Assembly (NCBI GenBank): GCA_002763225.1
Contig: PFAI01000016.1
Span: 1 to 15,821, forward strand
Direction of reading: 5' to 3'
Length of the DNA: 15,821 nt
From: Candidatus Diapherotrites archaeon CG10_big_fil_rev_8_21_14_0_10_31_34
Lineage (GTDB): Archaea > Iainarchaeota > Iainarchaeia > Iainarchaeales > 1-14-0-10-31-34
Under the pieces are notes generated by a model. That model was not told the origin of the DNA and made no database searches. It was given only the letters and a program-made list of their open reading frames with translations. The translations under genes were made by a program, and so were the position numbers. Shown in pieces: positions 7,767 through 15,821 of the stretch (its first letter is position 1; each line of letters begins with the position of its first letter).

Positions 7767-8729
7767 ATGAAAAAAATACTGATAACAGGCATTAATGGTT
7801 TTGTGGGAAGCCATTTAGCTGAATATGTTTTAAACAACAATTTAGGCGAAGTGCATGGAAGCTACAGAAAAAACGAGGATTTATCTAACATTAAAGGAAT
7901 AATAAACCAAATAGAATTAATTGAATGCGATATAACTGATTCATATGGAGTAGACAAAACAATAAAAGAAATCAAGCCTGAATACATTTTTCATTTAGCT
8001 GCACAGGCTTTTGTTCCAAGTTCATGGAAATCCCCGATTGAAACAATGAATACAAACATTATTGGCTCATTAAATTTATTTGAAGCAATCAAAAACAACA
8101 ACAAAGACATTACAATCCAGATAGCTGGTTCAAGCGAAGAATACGGTTTAGTTAAAGAAAATGAAGTTCCAATGACAGAATTAAATCCTTTAAGACCTTT
8201 AAGCCCTTACGGAGTAAGCAAAGTCGCAATGGATTTGTTAGGCTACCAGTATTATCAAAGTTATGGACTAAAAATTGTCAGAACCCGAGCATTCAACCAT
8301 GAAGGCCCTAGAAGAGGAGAACAATATGTTACAAGCAATTTTGCAAAACAAGTTGCATTAATTGAAGCAGGAAAACAAAAACCAATTTTAATGGTGGGAA
8401 ACTTAGAAGCAAAAAGAGATTACACTGATGTAAGAGACATGGTTAAAGCTTACTGGCTTGCAGCAGAAAAAGGAGTTCCAGGAGAAGTATATAATATTGC
8501 TTCAGGAAAAGCATACAAAATTCAAGTAATAGTAGACATACTAAAAAAATTAACTAAAAAAGATTTTGAAGTAAAACAAGACCCAAAAAGATTAAGACCT
8601 TCAGATGTGCAAATTTTATTAGGAGACTCAACTAAATTCAGAAAACAAACCGGCTGGAAACCGGAAATCCCGTTTGAAAAAACAATGGAAGACTTATTAA
8701 ATTACTGGAGAGAAAAAATCAAGGAATAA
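7767..8729 (+). CDS. GDP-mannose 4,6-dehydratase family SDR (GMD, or the related GDP-4-keto-6-deoxymannose reductase RMD)
   Basis: Motifs LITGINGFVGSHL, FHLAAQAFVPSSW, SSEEYG, PLSPYGVSK, FNHEGPRRG, GNLEAKRD and LRPSDV..LLGD. GGGGG RBS upstream. Confidence 0.82.
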   Translation: MKKILITGINGFVGSHLAEYVLNNNLGEVHGSYRKNEDLSNIKGIINQIELIECDITDSYGVDKTIKEIKPEYIFHLAAQAFVPSSWKSPIETMNTNIIGSLNLFEAIKNNNKDITIQIAGSSEEYGLVKENEVPMTELNPLRPLSPYGVSKVAMDLLGYQYYQSYGLKIVRTRAFNHEGPRRGEQYVTSNFAKQVALIEAGKQKPILMVGNLEAKRDYTDVRDMVKAYWLAAEKGVPGEVYNIASGKAYKIQVIVDILKKLTKKDFEVKQDPKRLRPSDVQILLGDSTKFRKQTGWKPEIPFEKTMEDLLNYWREKIKE

Positions 8730-8743
8730 ACACCGGCGATTTT

Positions 8744-9268
8744 ATGGAAGACTTAAAAGAAAAAATAAGAAATATTCCTGATTTCCCAAAAAAAGGAATA
8801 ATGTTCAGGGATATAACTACATTATTGCAGGACCCAAAAGCAACAAAAAAAGCAATTCAAGGAATGATTAAACCATTTGAAAACGAAAAAATTGATGTTG
8901 TTATAGGAACAGAAGCAAGAGGATTTATTTTTGGAGCAATAATTGCATTTGAATTAGGGGTTTCTTTTGTTCCAGTAAGAAAACCTGGAAAGCTTCCATT
9001 TGAAACAGAAAAAGCTTCTTATGAAAAAGAATATGGAGAAGATGAATTAGAAATGCATTTAGATGCAATCAAAAAAGGAGACAAAGTTTTAGTTTGTGAC
9101 GATTTATTAGCAACTGCGGGGACCGCAAAAGCAGTGAAAGAACTAGTTGAAAAATTAGGTGGGGAAATAATTGGATTTTGTTTTTTAATTGAATTAAGTT
9201 TTTTGCAGGGAAGAGAAAAACTTAAGCCGTATAAAGTTTTTTCTTTAATTGATTATAATTCAGAGTGA
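8744..9268 (+). CDS. apt: Adenine phosphoribosyltransferase
   Basis: Motifs IPDFPKKGIMFRDIT, EARGFIFG, VRKPGKLP, EYG and the PRPP-binding loop VCDDLLATAGT. Confidence 0.96.
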   Translation: MEDLKEKIRNIPDFPKKGIMFRDITTLLQDPKATKKAIQGMIKPFENEKIDVVIGTEARGFIFGAIIAFELGVSFVPVRKPGKLPFETEKASYEKEYGEDELEMHLDAIKKGDKVLVCDDLLATAGTAKAVKELVEKLGGEIIGFCFLIELSFLQGREKLKPYKVFSLIDYNSE

Positions 9269-10050
9269 TTAAAATGATTGGATTAATCGGCGGAACAGGA
9301 TTTGAAGACCCAAATTTATTCAAATTAATAAAAGAAAAAAAAGTTTCAACTGAGTTTGGAAAACCCAGTTCAACAATAAAAATCGGAGAAATAGCAGGAA
9401 AAAAAGTTGCATTGCTTTCAAGGCATGGAACAAAACACACAATTAATCCTTCAAACGTAAATTACAGGGCAAACATTCAGGCATTAAAAGAAGTTGGAGT
9501 AACAAAAATTTTGAGTGCTTCTGCAGTAGGAAGCTTAAAAGAAGAATTCAAGCCAGGGGAATTTGTTTTTTTAGACCAGTTCATTGACCGCACAACAAAA
9601 AGACAGCAAACTTTTTTTGATAAAAACAAAGTATGCCATATTTCTGTTGCAGAACCATTTTGTTCAAATTTAAGAAAAAACTTAATCCAGTCAGCCAAAG
9701 AACTGAAATTTGATTTTCACGAAAAAGGAATTTGTGTTGTAATTGAAGGTCCTCGTTTTTCAACCAAAGCAGAAAGCAATTTATTCAGAAGCTGGAATGC
9801 AGATATAATTGGAATGACTTTAGTTCCAGAAGTTGTTTTAGCAAGAGAAGCAGAAATCTGTTATGCATCAATTTCAACAATAACCGATTATGATGTATGG
9901 AAAGAAAAACCAGTTGACGTGGAAAGCGTTTTAAAAACAATGAAAGAATCCAATTCAAAATTACAGCAGTTAATCAAACATGTTGTTCCATTAATAGATG
10001 AAAAAAAAGACTGTGAATGCTATCACTCTTTAGATAATGCGTTTGTTTAA
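9265..10050 (+). CDS. mtnP: S-methyl-5'-thioadenosine phosphorylase
   Basis: Motifs IGLIGGTG, RHG.KH...P..VNYRANI, SAVGSL, DQFIDRT, IEGPRFSTKAES, GMT..PE..LARE and TDYD. Start is GTG 9265 (overlapping the apt stop) or ATG 9274. Confidence 0.93.
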   Translation: MIKMIGLIGGTGFEDPNLFKLIKEKKVSTEFGKPSSTIKIGEIAGKKVALLSRHGTKHTINPSNVNYRANIQALKEVGVTKILSASAVGSLKEEFKPGEFVFLDQFIDRTTKRQQTFFDKNKVCHISVAEPFCSNLRKNLIQSAKELKFDFHEKGICVVIEGPRFSTKAESNLFRSWNADIIGMTLVPEVVLAREAEICYASISTITDYDVWKEKPVDVESVLKTMKESNSKLQQLIKHVVPLIDEKKDCECYHSLDNAFV

Positions 10051-10676
10051 AGCCTTCTTTTTGGAGTAACTTTTCTACTCGTTTTTTGTTTTTTCTTTTT
10101 TGACTCACTGACTATTTGGGTTAGGGTTTTGTGAGGATTTAACTTACTCAAAATATTATTCCTTTTAGCAACAAATTTTGGGTCAATTAACTGATTAGGC
10201 GTCAAAGGAATTAACTTAAGGAAATGCAATGCACTGGCAAAAGGAGTAAGCAATACTTTAGAATTAGTTTTATTCTTTAAATTAATTGAATGAGCTGCGC
10301 CAAGAAAATCAAGCGGGCACTTAGCAATACCTTTTTTAACAAAAACTTTTTCTCTTTCAGAAATCATTATTTTTGCTCTGATTAAATCCAAGGTTTTTCC
10401 TTTACTATACCAATCATAAAGCTTTTTTCTCAGTTTAGTTGAATCAACAAAAACAGGAATTCCTCCTGCATTTCTCACTAGTTTAACTACGCCTTTCCAA
10501 AAATCATCTTGAGGGAAAGCTGAAGGAATTTTCATTAATTCTTCAGTGTATTCAACTGCAACCTTCATTCCAGGTTTAACCATTTGTTTAACAATTCCCT
10601 CTAGTTCAGGCAAAAAGTCCGGGCTTGCAGTAACTCCGACAGAAACTCGTTCAGCTTTCTTTTTTTTCTCTGCCAT
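10047..10676 (-). CDS. Hypothetical basic protein with Lys/Arg-rich termini
   Basis: 209-aa ORF that fills the gap and shares TTAA stop overlap with mtnP. TTAAATA box about 22-28 nt before the ATG. No family recognised. Confidence 0.65.
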   Translation of the reverse strand: MAEKKKKAERVSVGVTASPDFLPELEGIVKQMVKPGMKVAVEYTEELMKIPSAFPQDDFWKGVVKLVRNAGGIPVFVDSTKLRKKLYDWYSKGKTLDLIRAKIMISEREKVFVKKGIAKCPLDFLGAAHSINLKNKTNSKVLLTPFASALHFLKLIPLTPNQLIDPKFVAKRNNILSKLNPHKTLTQIVSESKKKKQKTSRKVTPKRRL

Positions 10677-10709
10677 AAAATAATTAGGTTACAAGAAATA
10701 TTTAATATG

Positions 10710-10767
10710 TCCTTTTTTCTTTTAGGCTAACTTACACCTTTTCTTTTTCGGAAAAAAAAGGGGCAGA
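10710..10767. repeat. ~60-bp dispersed hairpin repeat, copy 1 (just downstream of the htpX stop)
   Basis: TCCTTTTTTCTTTTAGGCTAACTTACACCTTTTCTTTTTCGGAAAAAAAAGGGGCAGA matches 12530-12590 with 4 mismatches and one 3-nt indel. Confidence 0.9.
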
Positions 10768-10768
10768 T

Positions 10769-11662
10769 TTACATTTTGTCCAAAGCAGCAATTCTTTCTT
10801 CTATCGGAGGATGAGTGTTAAACATTCCCTTAAACCAAGACTTGTGATTTTTCTTAAATGGATTTGAAATATACAGGTTTTCTGTTGCCTCGCTTGCAAC
10901 TTTTAATGGTTCAACATCAGCATTAATTTTTCTTAAAGCATCAGCCAAGCCTTTTGGATACCTTGTAATCAATGCTCCGTCAGCGTCAGCCAAAAATTCT
11001 CTTTTACGTGAAATCGCAAGCTTAATTAACTGGGCAATAATTGGAGTTAAAATTGCTAAAATTAAACCTAAAACAATAAAAGCAATTTGAATTCCTCCTC
11101 CTTTTCTATTACTATTACCTGCTCCACCCCATAAAAAGCTTCTCAAAATAATATTGCTTAACAATGCTGCTGTCCCGACCATTACAGTAACTAACATCAT
11201 AAACCTGATATCAAAGTTTTTGATATGAGACATTTCATGAGCAATAACTCCTTCTAATTCTAATCTATTTAATCTTTGGGCTGCCCCTTTAGTTACAACT
11301 ATCACTGCATGCTTTGGATCTCTTCCAGTGGCAAAAGCGTTTATTGCAGGGTCATCAATCATGTAAAGCTTTGGTTTTGGGATTCCTGCAGCAATAGATA
11401 ATCCATCAACTGAATTGTATAAGTGAGGCCATTCTTTTTCCTGAACTTCTTTTGCCTGAGAAATTGACAAAACAAGTGAATCACTTTTATAAAAAGAAAC
11501 AAAAATCAGGATTAATGCAATAAAAAATGCAATAAAAATTCCAAAATAACCTAAACCAAAAATTTCTCCAAAAACCATTCCTAAAAATAAATTAAACAAA
11601 AAAAATAAAACAAATAAAATAATTGAATTCCTTTTGTTTGCTGCAATCCTGTCATAAATCAT
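10769..11662 (-). CDS. htpX: HtpX-like M48 zinc metalloprotease
   Basis: Motifs NAFATGRDP, ELEGVIAHEMSH (HExxH), ISRKREFLADA and THPPIEERI. Hydrophobic membrane segments. Confidence 0.93.
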   Translation of the reverse strand: MIYDRIAANKRNSIILFVLFFLFNLFLGMVFGEIFGLGYFGIFIAFFIALILIFVSFYKSDSLVLSISQAKEVQEKEWPHLYNSVDGLSIAAGIPKPKLYMIDDPAINAFATGRDPKHAVIVVTKGAAQRLNRLELEGVIAHEMSHIKNFDIRFMMLVTVMVGTAALLSNIILRSFLWGGAGNSNRKGGGIQIAFIVLGLILAILTPIIAQLIKLAISRKREFLADADGALITRYPKGLADALRKINADVEPLKVASEATENLYISNPFKKNHKSWFKGMFNTHPPIEERIAALDKM

Positions 11663-11721
11663 TTAATCACTTAAATTAAATGAAAGAAAAAGAATTTAAA
11701 GATTGAATACGTTTTCCTTTT
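11663..11721. promoter_or_regulatory. Compact divergent promoter region (htpX / methyltransferase)
   Basis: Palindromic TTTAAA at 11695-11700 after purine-rich AAAAGAA, starting 27 nt before ATG 11722 (leaderless geometry). AAGTGA RBS-like site before htpX. Confidence 0.45.
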
Positions 11722-12502
11722 ATGCCAAACACACGATTAAAGGCTCATAGAACTGCACAAAAAAAGACAACAAGAAAAAAAATATACTGGACTTCAAGAA
11801 AATTATATGAAAAAGGTCAGCCATTTAGGACTTTTTTAACTGAAGCAGGGTTCAGAGAAACTGACTTCCTGTTTAACAAAATACATTCAGTTGTTTCTCA
11901 TCCAGAAAAAACCAGCGCATTAGAAATCGGACCAGGAACATTAAAAAAAAATAGTTTGAAAACCAATATTAACTGAACTGCCTTTCAGAGAAAAATATTT
12001 TTTGGATTCAAGCATTAAACTAGCAAGAAACCTTAAATCAAGAACAGGGGAAACAGTTGTTGTAGGCGATGCAAGAAATCTTCCTTTTGACCAAAAACAA
12101 AAATTTGGATTAGTTTTAATGAATGAAGTATTAACACATATAAAGCCTTCTGAAAGATTAAAAACAATAATAAATATTTCAAAAATAGGCAATTCAATAG
12201 TAGTGCTTGACAGAAAACAATCTTCTTTAAATGAAATAATCAACAAAGAAAGAAGAAATGCTGTAGCTAAACTGGAAATACTATCAGGAGTAAAAGAAAA
12301 AAGCACTGCAAGAACCAGAAAAAAAATAAGAGAAAACAGTGATTTAAGAACAAGTCTTTCAAGTGCAAAAACAATTCAATCCAGAACAGTAAACTTTAAT
12401 CCACTAAAAAGAGTTTTGGAAAAAAACGGCTGGCAAGTGGAATTACAAGACATTGAATCAAGAGGAACCAAATACACCATACTTACTGCAAAAAGAAAAT
12501 AA
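11722..12502 (+). pseudogene. Class I SAM-dependent methyltransferase split by a +1 frame change between about 11957 and 11976
   Basis: ORF 11722-11976 ends just after motif I (ALEIGPGT). The +1 frame opens at 11960 with KPILTELPFREKYFLDSS...VVVGDARNLPF...FGLVLMNEVLTHI, the remaining methyltransferase motifs. Confidence 0.75.
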
Positions 12503-12529
12503 AAAAAAGAAGAATTGATTGAAGAAAGT

Positions 12530-12590
12530 TCCTTTTTTCTTTTGGGGCAACTTACACCTTTTCTTTTTTGGAAAAAAGAAAAGGGGCAGA
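12530..12590. repeat. ~60-bp dispersed hairpin repeat, copy 2 (just downstream of the lemA stop); possible terminator
   Basis: Perfect 13-bp inverted repeat CCTTTTCTTTTTT (12557-12569) / AAAAAAGAAAAGG (12572-12584). Direct repeat of 10710-10767. Confidence 0.9.
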
Positions 12591-12593
12591 AAG

Positions 12594-13145
12594 TCAGAAA
12601 CTGACTTTTGGTGCTGTTCTGGCTGATTCTTCTACTTCAAAAAATTCTTTGTCTGTAAAACCAAACATTCCTGCAACCATGTTGTTTGGAAAAGTCTGTT
12701 TTGAGTTATTGAATTCTAATACAGAGTCATTGTAAAACTGTCTTGCATAAGCAATCTTTGATTCAATTCCATCTAATTGTTCCTGCAATAACTTGAAGTT
12801 TTCGTTTGCTTTCAAGTTAGGGTAGGCTTCTGCTACAGCAAACAAAGATTTTAATGCTCCTGACAGCATGTTTTCTGCCTGGGCTTTTGCTTTAATGTCT
12901 GTTCCTGCCTGCATTGCCTGGCTTCTTGCTTTAGTTACATTTTCAAAAACACTTTTTTCATGTGTTGCATAACCTTTAACTGTTTCCACAAGATTTGGAA
13001 CCAAGTCAGCTCTTTTTCTTAACTGAACATCAATCTGACTCCAAGCATTATTAACTCTGTTTCTTTTAACAATTAACCCGTTGAAAACCACGATCAGGAA
13101 AATTATTATTACTGCAAGTAATATTCCTATAATCCATTCCCACAT
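12594..13145 (-). CDS. lemA: LemA family protein
   Basis: N-terminal TM helix, [52 protein letters not shown] and FPNN. GGAGGT RBS at 13153-13158. Confidence 0.96.
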   Translation of the reverse strand: MWEWIIGILLAVIIIFLIVVFNGLIVKRNRVNNAWSQIDVQLRKRADLVPNLVETVKGYATHEKSVFENVTKARSQAMQAGTDIKAKAQAENMLSGALKSLFAVAEAYPNLKANENFKLLQEQLDGIESKIAYARQFYNDSVLEFNNSKQTFPNNMVAGMFGFTDKEFFEVEESARTAPKVSF

Positions 13146-13267
13146 AAAATAAACCTCCTACATTAAACTGAAAGAAATAGAATAAAAAAGGTATTGTTGA
13201 AAAGAAAAAACAACAAAAAAATGAAAAACCATTCCAATAAAAACTTTTTCCAGAAAAATTTAATGCA

Positions 13268-14857
13268 ATGGGAAAAGAATTAACTTTCAGAGCAATAATA
13301 GTTGGAAGCATTTTAGCTGTAATAATTACAATGTATTCTGCTTTTGCAGGATTGAAGATTGGGGGGGTATACTGGCCGATAACAACAGCATCAATAATGG
13401 CTTTAGGGATTTTAACTTTGCTGGGAAACACAAACAAAAACGAAATAAACATTGCACAAACAATTGCTTCAGCCGGAGGATTACTGGCAGCAGGAATAAT
13501 TTTCACTGTTCCGGCCTTATACCTGATTGGATTTGAGATTTCAATAATTGACATCACAATTATTTCTCTTGTAGGAGGAATAACCGGAGTAATTTTTTCT
13601 GTTCCATTAAGAAAACAAATGATTGAAAAAGAACAATTAGAGTTTGCTGACGGAAAAGCTGCTGCAGCAATCATTGAAGCAGGAGACGAAAAAGGAACAA
13701 AAATCAAACTGCTTTCAGCAATGTTTGGAATAGGAATAATATTTTCTTTTCTAAGAGATTATTTGAAATTAATTCCTTCTTTTTTTAATTTAGAGTCATT
13801 AAAAATTTCTTTTTCTAAATTGTTTTCTTTTGGTTCAAGCATTTCATTAATTCCTTTTTCCGGGGGATACTTAATCGGGCCAAAATTTACTGGAATCTGG
13901 TTTTTAGGAGCAATAATTTCTTATCTGATTATACTGCCTTTAGTGGTTGCAAACGGGTTTTTTTCTGATAAATTCACTGCAATGATTTCTTTAACAAAGC
14001 CTTTAGGAATAGGAATAGTAATCGGAGCAGCAATAATGTATTTTGTTTTAAAAGGACTGCCTGCATTAAAAAACATTTTTTCTGACTGGAAAGAATCTTT
14101 CAAAGAAAACCAAAAAATGATTGGCTTTGTGTTGATTGTTTTGGTTGCAACCCTAACTATTATTACTGAAATGAATTTAGTTTTAGCAGTAATTGCAGTT
14201 CTTGGTGCTTTTGTAATGGCTTACCTTGGAGGAAGAGTTACAGGAGAAATAAATGTTGACCCAATGGAATTGTTTGCAATGATTGTATTAATTACAGCAA
14301 AAATTTTGTTTGGATTTAACGCAGTTTTTTTGGTAATAATTGCTGCTGTGGTCTGCATTTCAGCAGGAGTAGCAGGAGACACTTTACAGGACTTAAAAAC
14401 AGGTTTTTTGCTTGGGACTAAACCAAAACACCAGTTCATTGCACAATTAATCGGGGTAGTAATTGGAGCACTACTAATTGGAGTAATATTAATGGCCTTG
14501 CAACAAACTTATGGTTTTGGAACAACTGAGTTACCTGCTCCACAGGCAGTAGCTTTAAGTGAAATAATCAAAACAGATACTTTGTCAGGAAATCTGCTTT
14601 TAGGAATTTTGATTGGAGGAATTCTTGCATTAATTGTTTCTTTTTTTGAATCAGCAATAATTGTTGTTGCTTTTGGAATCGGAGTTTATGTTCCAATTGA
14701 ATTAAGCTTTCCTTTATTTATTGGAGGGTTAATTAGATTTTATGCAGATAAAAAAAATTGGACTGAAAAAGGAAGATTAATTGCTGCAGGATTAATTGCA
14801 GGAGAAGGATTTACAGGAGTAGTATTAGCATTGCTTGGATTAGGAAAATTAATTTGA
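13268..14857 (+). CDS. OPT/YSL family oligopeptide transporter
   Basis: Motifs ELTFRAIIVG, GLKIG, EINIAQTIASAG, PLRKQMI, QDLKTGFLLGTKP..Q, LPAPQA and GLIAGEG. Many TM helices. Confidence 0.92.
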   Translation: MGKELTFRAIIVGSILAVIITMYSAFAGLKIGGVYWPITTASIMALGILTLLGNTNKNEINIAQTIASAGGLLAAGIIFTVPALYLIGFEISIIDITIISLVGGITGVIFSVPLRKQMIEKEQLEFADGKAAAAIIEAGDEKGTKIKLLSAMFGIGIIFSFLRDYLKLIPSFFNLESLKISFSKLFSFGSSISLIPFSGGYLIGPKFTGIWFLGAIISYLIILPLVVANGFFSDKFTAMISLTKPLGIGIVIGAAIMYFVLKGLPALKNIFSDWKESFKENQKMIGFVLIVLVATLTIITEMNLVLAVIAVLGAFVMAYLGGRVTGEINVDPMELFAMIVLITAKILFGFNAVFLVIIAAVVCISAGVAGDTLQDLKTGFLLGTKPKHQFIAQLIGVVIGALLIGVILMALQQTYGFGTTELPAPQAVALSEIIKTDTLSGNLLLGILIGGILALIVSFFESAIIVVAFGIGVYVPIELSFPLFIGGLIRFYADKKNWTEKGRLIAAGLIAGEGFTGVVLALLGLGKLI

Positions 14858-14867
14858 AGGAAAAAAA

Positions 14868-15770
14868 ATGAATGAAAAAATAAAGCTTTATTTAAAAGGA
14901 TTATTAATGGGAACATGCGATTTGATTCCTGGAATTTCCGGGGGAACAATAGCATTTATCACAGGAATTTATGACAAATTAATTAAATCAATTTCAAATA
15001 TTTCTTTAAAACTTTTTTCTGATGGAATAAAATATTTAACAAATAAAACTCCTGAAACAGAAAAAGAAATAAGAAAAGACCTGAAAGAAGCAGATGTATA
15101 TTTTTTGCTGACTTTAGGATTAGGAATTGCAACAGCAATTTTAATCGGATCAAAAGGAATCAAATATTTATGGATTAATTATTATACTTTCACTATCGCT
15201 TTTTTTGCGGGATTAATTATTGCTTCATCAAAAATAATTTTTGATGACATAAAAAAACATTCAAAACAAAACATTTTTTTTGGTTTAATTGGATTTGTTT
15301 TCGGGGCATCACTTGCATTTTTGATTCCTGTTAATGCTGCTCCCTCTCATTTATATGTTTTTATCGGAGGATTTTTTGCGGTTAGCGCAATGTTTTTGCC
15401 TGGAATATCAGGTTCATTTATTTTATTAATAATGGGATTATGGGATTTTATGATTAATGTTTTTACTGACATCCCAGGAAAAATTGATTATTTTATCGCT
15501 TCAGCTTCAGGCGCATTAATTGGAATGTTTTTTATTTCAAGAGTAATAAATTTTTTGTTTACAAAAGACAGATGCAAAACACTTTATTTTTTGCTTGGAT
15601 TAGTGCTTGGAAGTTTACTTGTTCCATTCAAAAGAATTTATGAAAACACAGTTGAATGGAATTTACAGACAATTTTACTGCTTTTAGGGCTGTTTTTTTT
15701 GGGAATTATAGCTGTTTTAATAATGCATAAACTGCAAAAAAAGAAAACACCAAAAACACTGAAAAGTTAA
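14868..15770 (+). CDS. DUF368 family membrane protein (putative polyprenyl-phosphate translocase)
   Basis: KGLLMGTCDLIPGISGGTIAFITGIYDKLI and the internal repeat AMFLPGISGSFILLIMG are DUF368 hallmarks. Confidence 0.92.
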   Translation: MNEKIKLYLKGLLMGTCDLIPGISGGTIAFITGIYDKLIKSISNISLKLFSDGIKYLTNKTPETEKEIRKDLKEADVYFLLTLGLGIATAILIGSKGIKYLWINYYTFTIAFFAGLIIASSKIIFDDIKKHSKQNIFFGLIGFVFGASLAFLIPVNAAPSHLYVFIGGFFAVSAMFLPGISGSFILLIMGLWDFMINVFTDIPGKIDYFIASASGALIGMFFISRVINFLFTKDRCKTLYFLLGLVLGSLLVPFKRIYENTVEWNLQTILLLLGLFFLGIIAVLIMHKLQKKKTPKTLKS

Positions 15771-15820
15771 TCAAATAAAAGCATTAAAAAACATTTTCCC
15801 TCAGAATATGCTACTGATTT
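15767..15820 (-). CDS. Possible C-terminal end of a convergent gene entering from the right edge
   Basis: Open minus frame KSVAYSEGKCFLMLLFD* whose TAA overlaps the DUF368 stop (TTAA). Too short to identify. Confidence 0.3.
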   Translation of the reverse strand, partial: KSVAYSEGKCFLMLLFD

Positions 15821-15821
15821 T

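Noticed and set aside
11943..11951. Phase variation or -1 ribosomal slippage at the A9 tract
   Set aside because: Both the +1 and -1 outcomes meet a stop within a few codons (TGA 11957, TAG 11952).
11947..11962. 16-nt archaeal bulge-helix-bulge mRNA intron
   Set aside because: The size would fit and restore the frame, but I could not build a convincing BHB pairing from the flanks.
13221..13283. 20-codon upstream ORF overlapping the OPT start
   Set aside because: No RBS or telling codon content; expected by chance in A-rich DNA.
13066..13707. 213-aa minus-strand ORF
   Set aside because: Antisense shadow of the OPT gene that also overlaps lemA out of frame, with no recognisable motifs.
2028..15163. 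Other short ORFs in the track (e.g. 2028-2213, 3370-3579, 3500-3712, 5199-5489, 5831-6025, 5946-6134, 7033-7395, 7542-7814, 9222-9763, 11941-12306, 13921-15163)
   Set aside because: They overlap well-supported genes on the opposite strand or in another frame, or run through the repeat cluster, and lack protein-like features.

Overview
AT-rich, gene-dense window, most likely from a DPANN-type archaeon. That assignment is an inference from TTTAAA TATA-like boxes about 25-40 nt before starts, GGTGA/GGAGG ribosome-binding sites and near-leaderless genes. The left part (minus strand) is a nucleotide-sugar operon: UDP-glucose dehydrogenase, GalU, UDP-glucuronate decarboxylase, and RmlC/B/D. The centre holds the most striking element: two paralogous genes that each fuse a NikR/CopG-like ribbon-helix-helix (RHH) DNA-binding domain to a sugar-phosphate nucleotidyltransferase domain. 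One has lost the GxGTR signature and the other keeps it. They flank a xylose-isomerase-like TIM-barrel gene. Both carry the same CATA-N5-TATG palindrome exactly 7 nt before the start codon, suggesting an autoregulatory nucleotide-sugar-sensing regulator pair. Next come a GDP-mannose 4,6-dehydratase-family gene, apt and an MTA phosphorylase, a basic orphan ORF, htpX and lemA separated by a frameshifted SAM methyltransferase, an OPT-family transporter and a DUF368 membrane protein. Two kinds of short intergenic hairpin repeats are present. No rRNA, tRNA, CRISPR array or transposase was seen.
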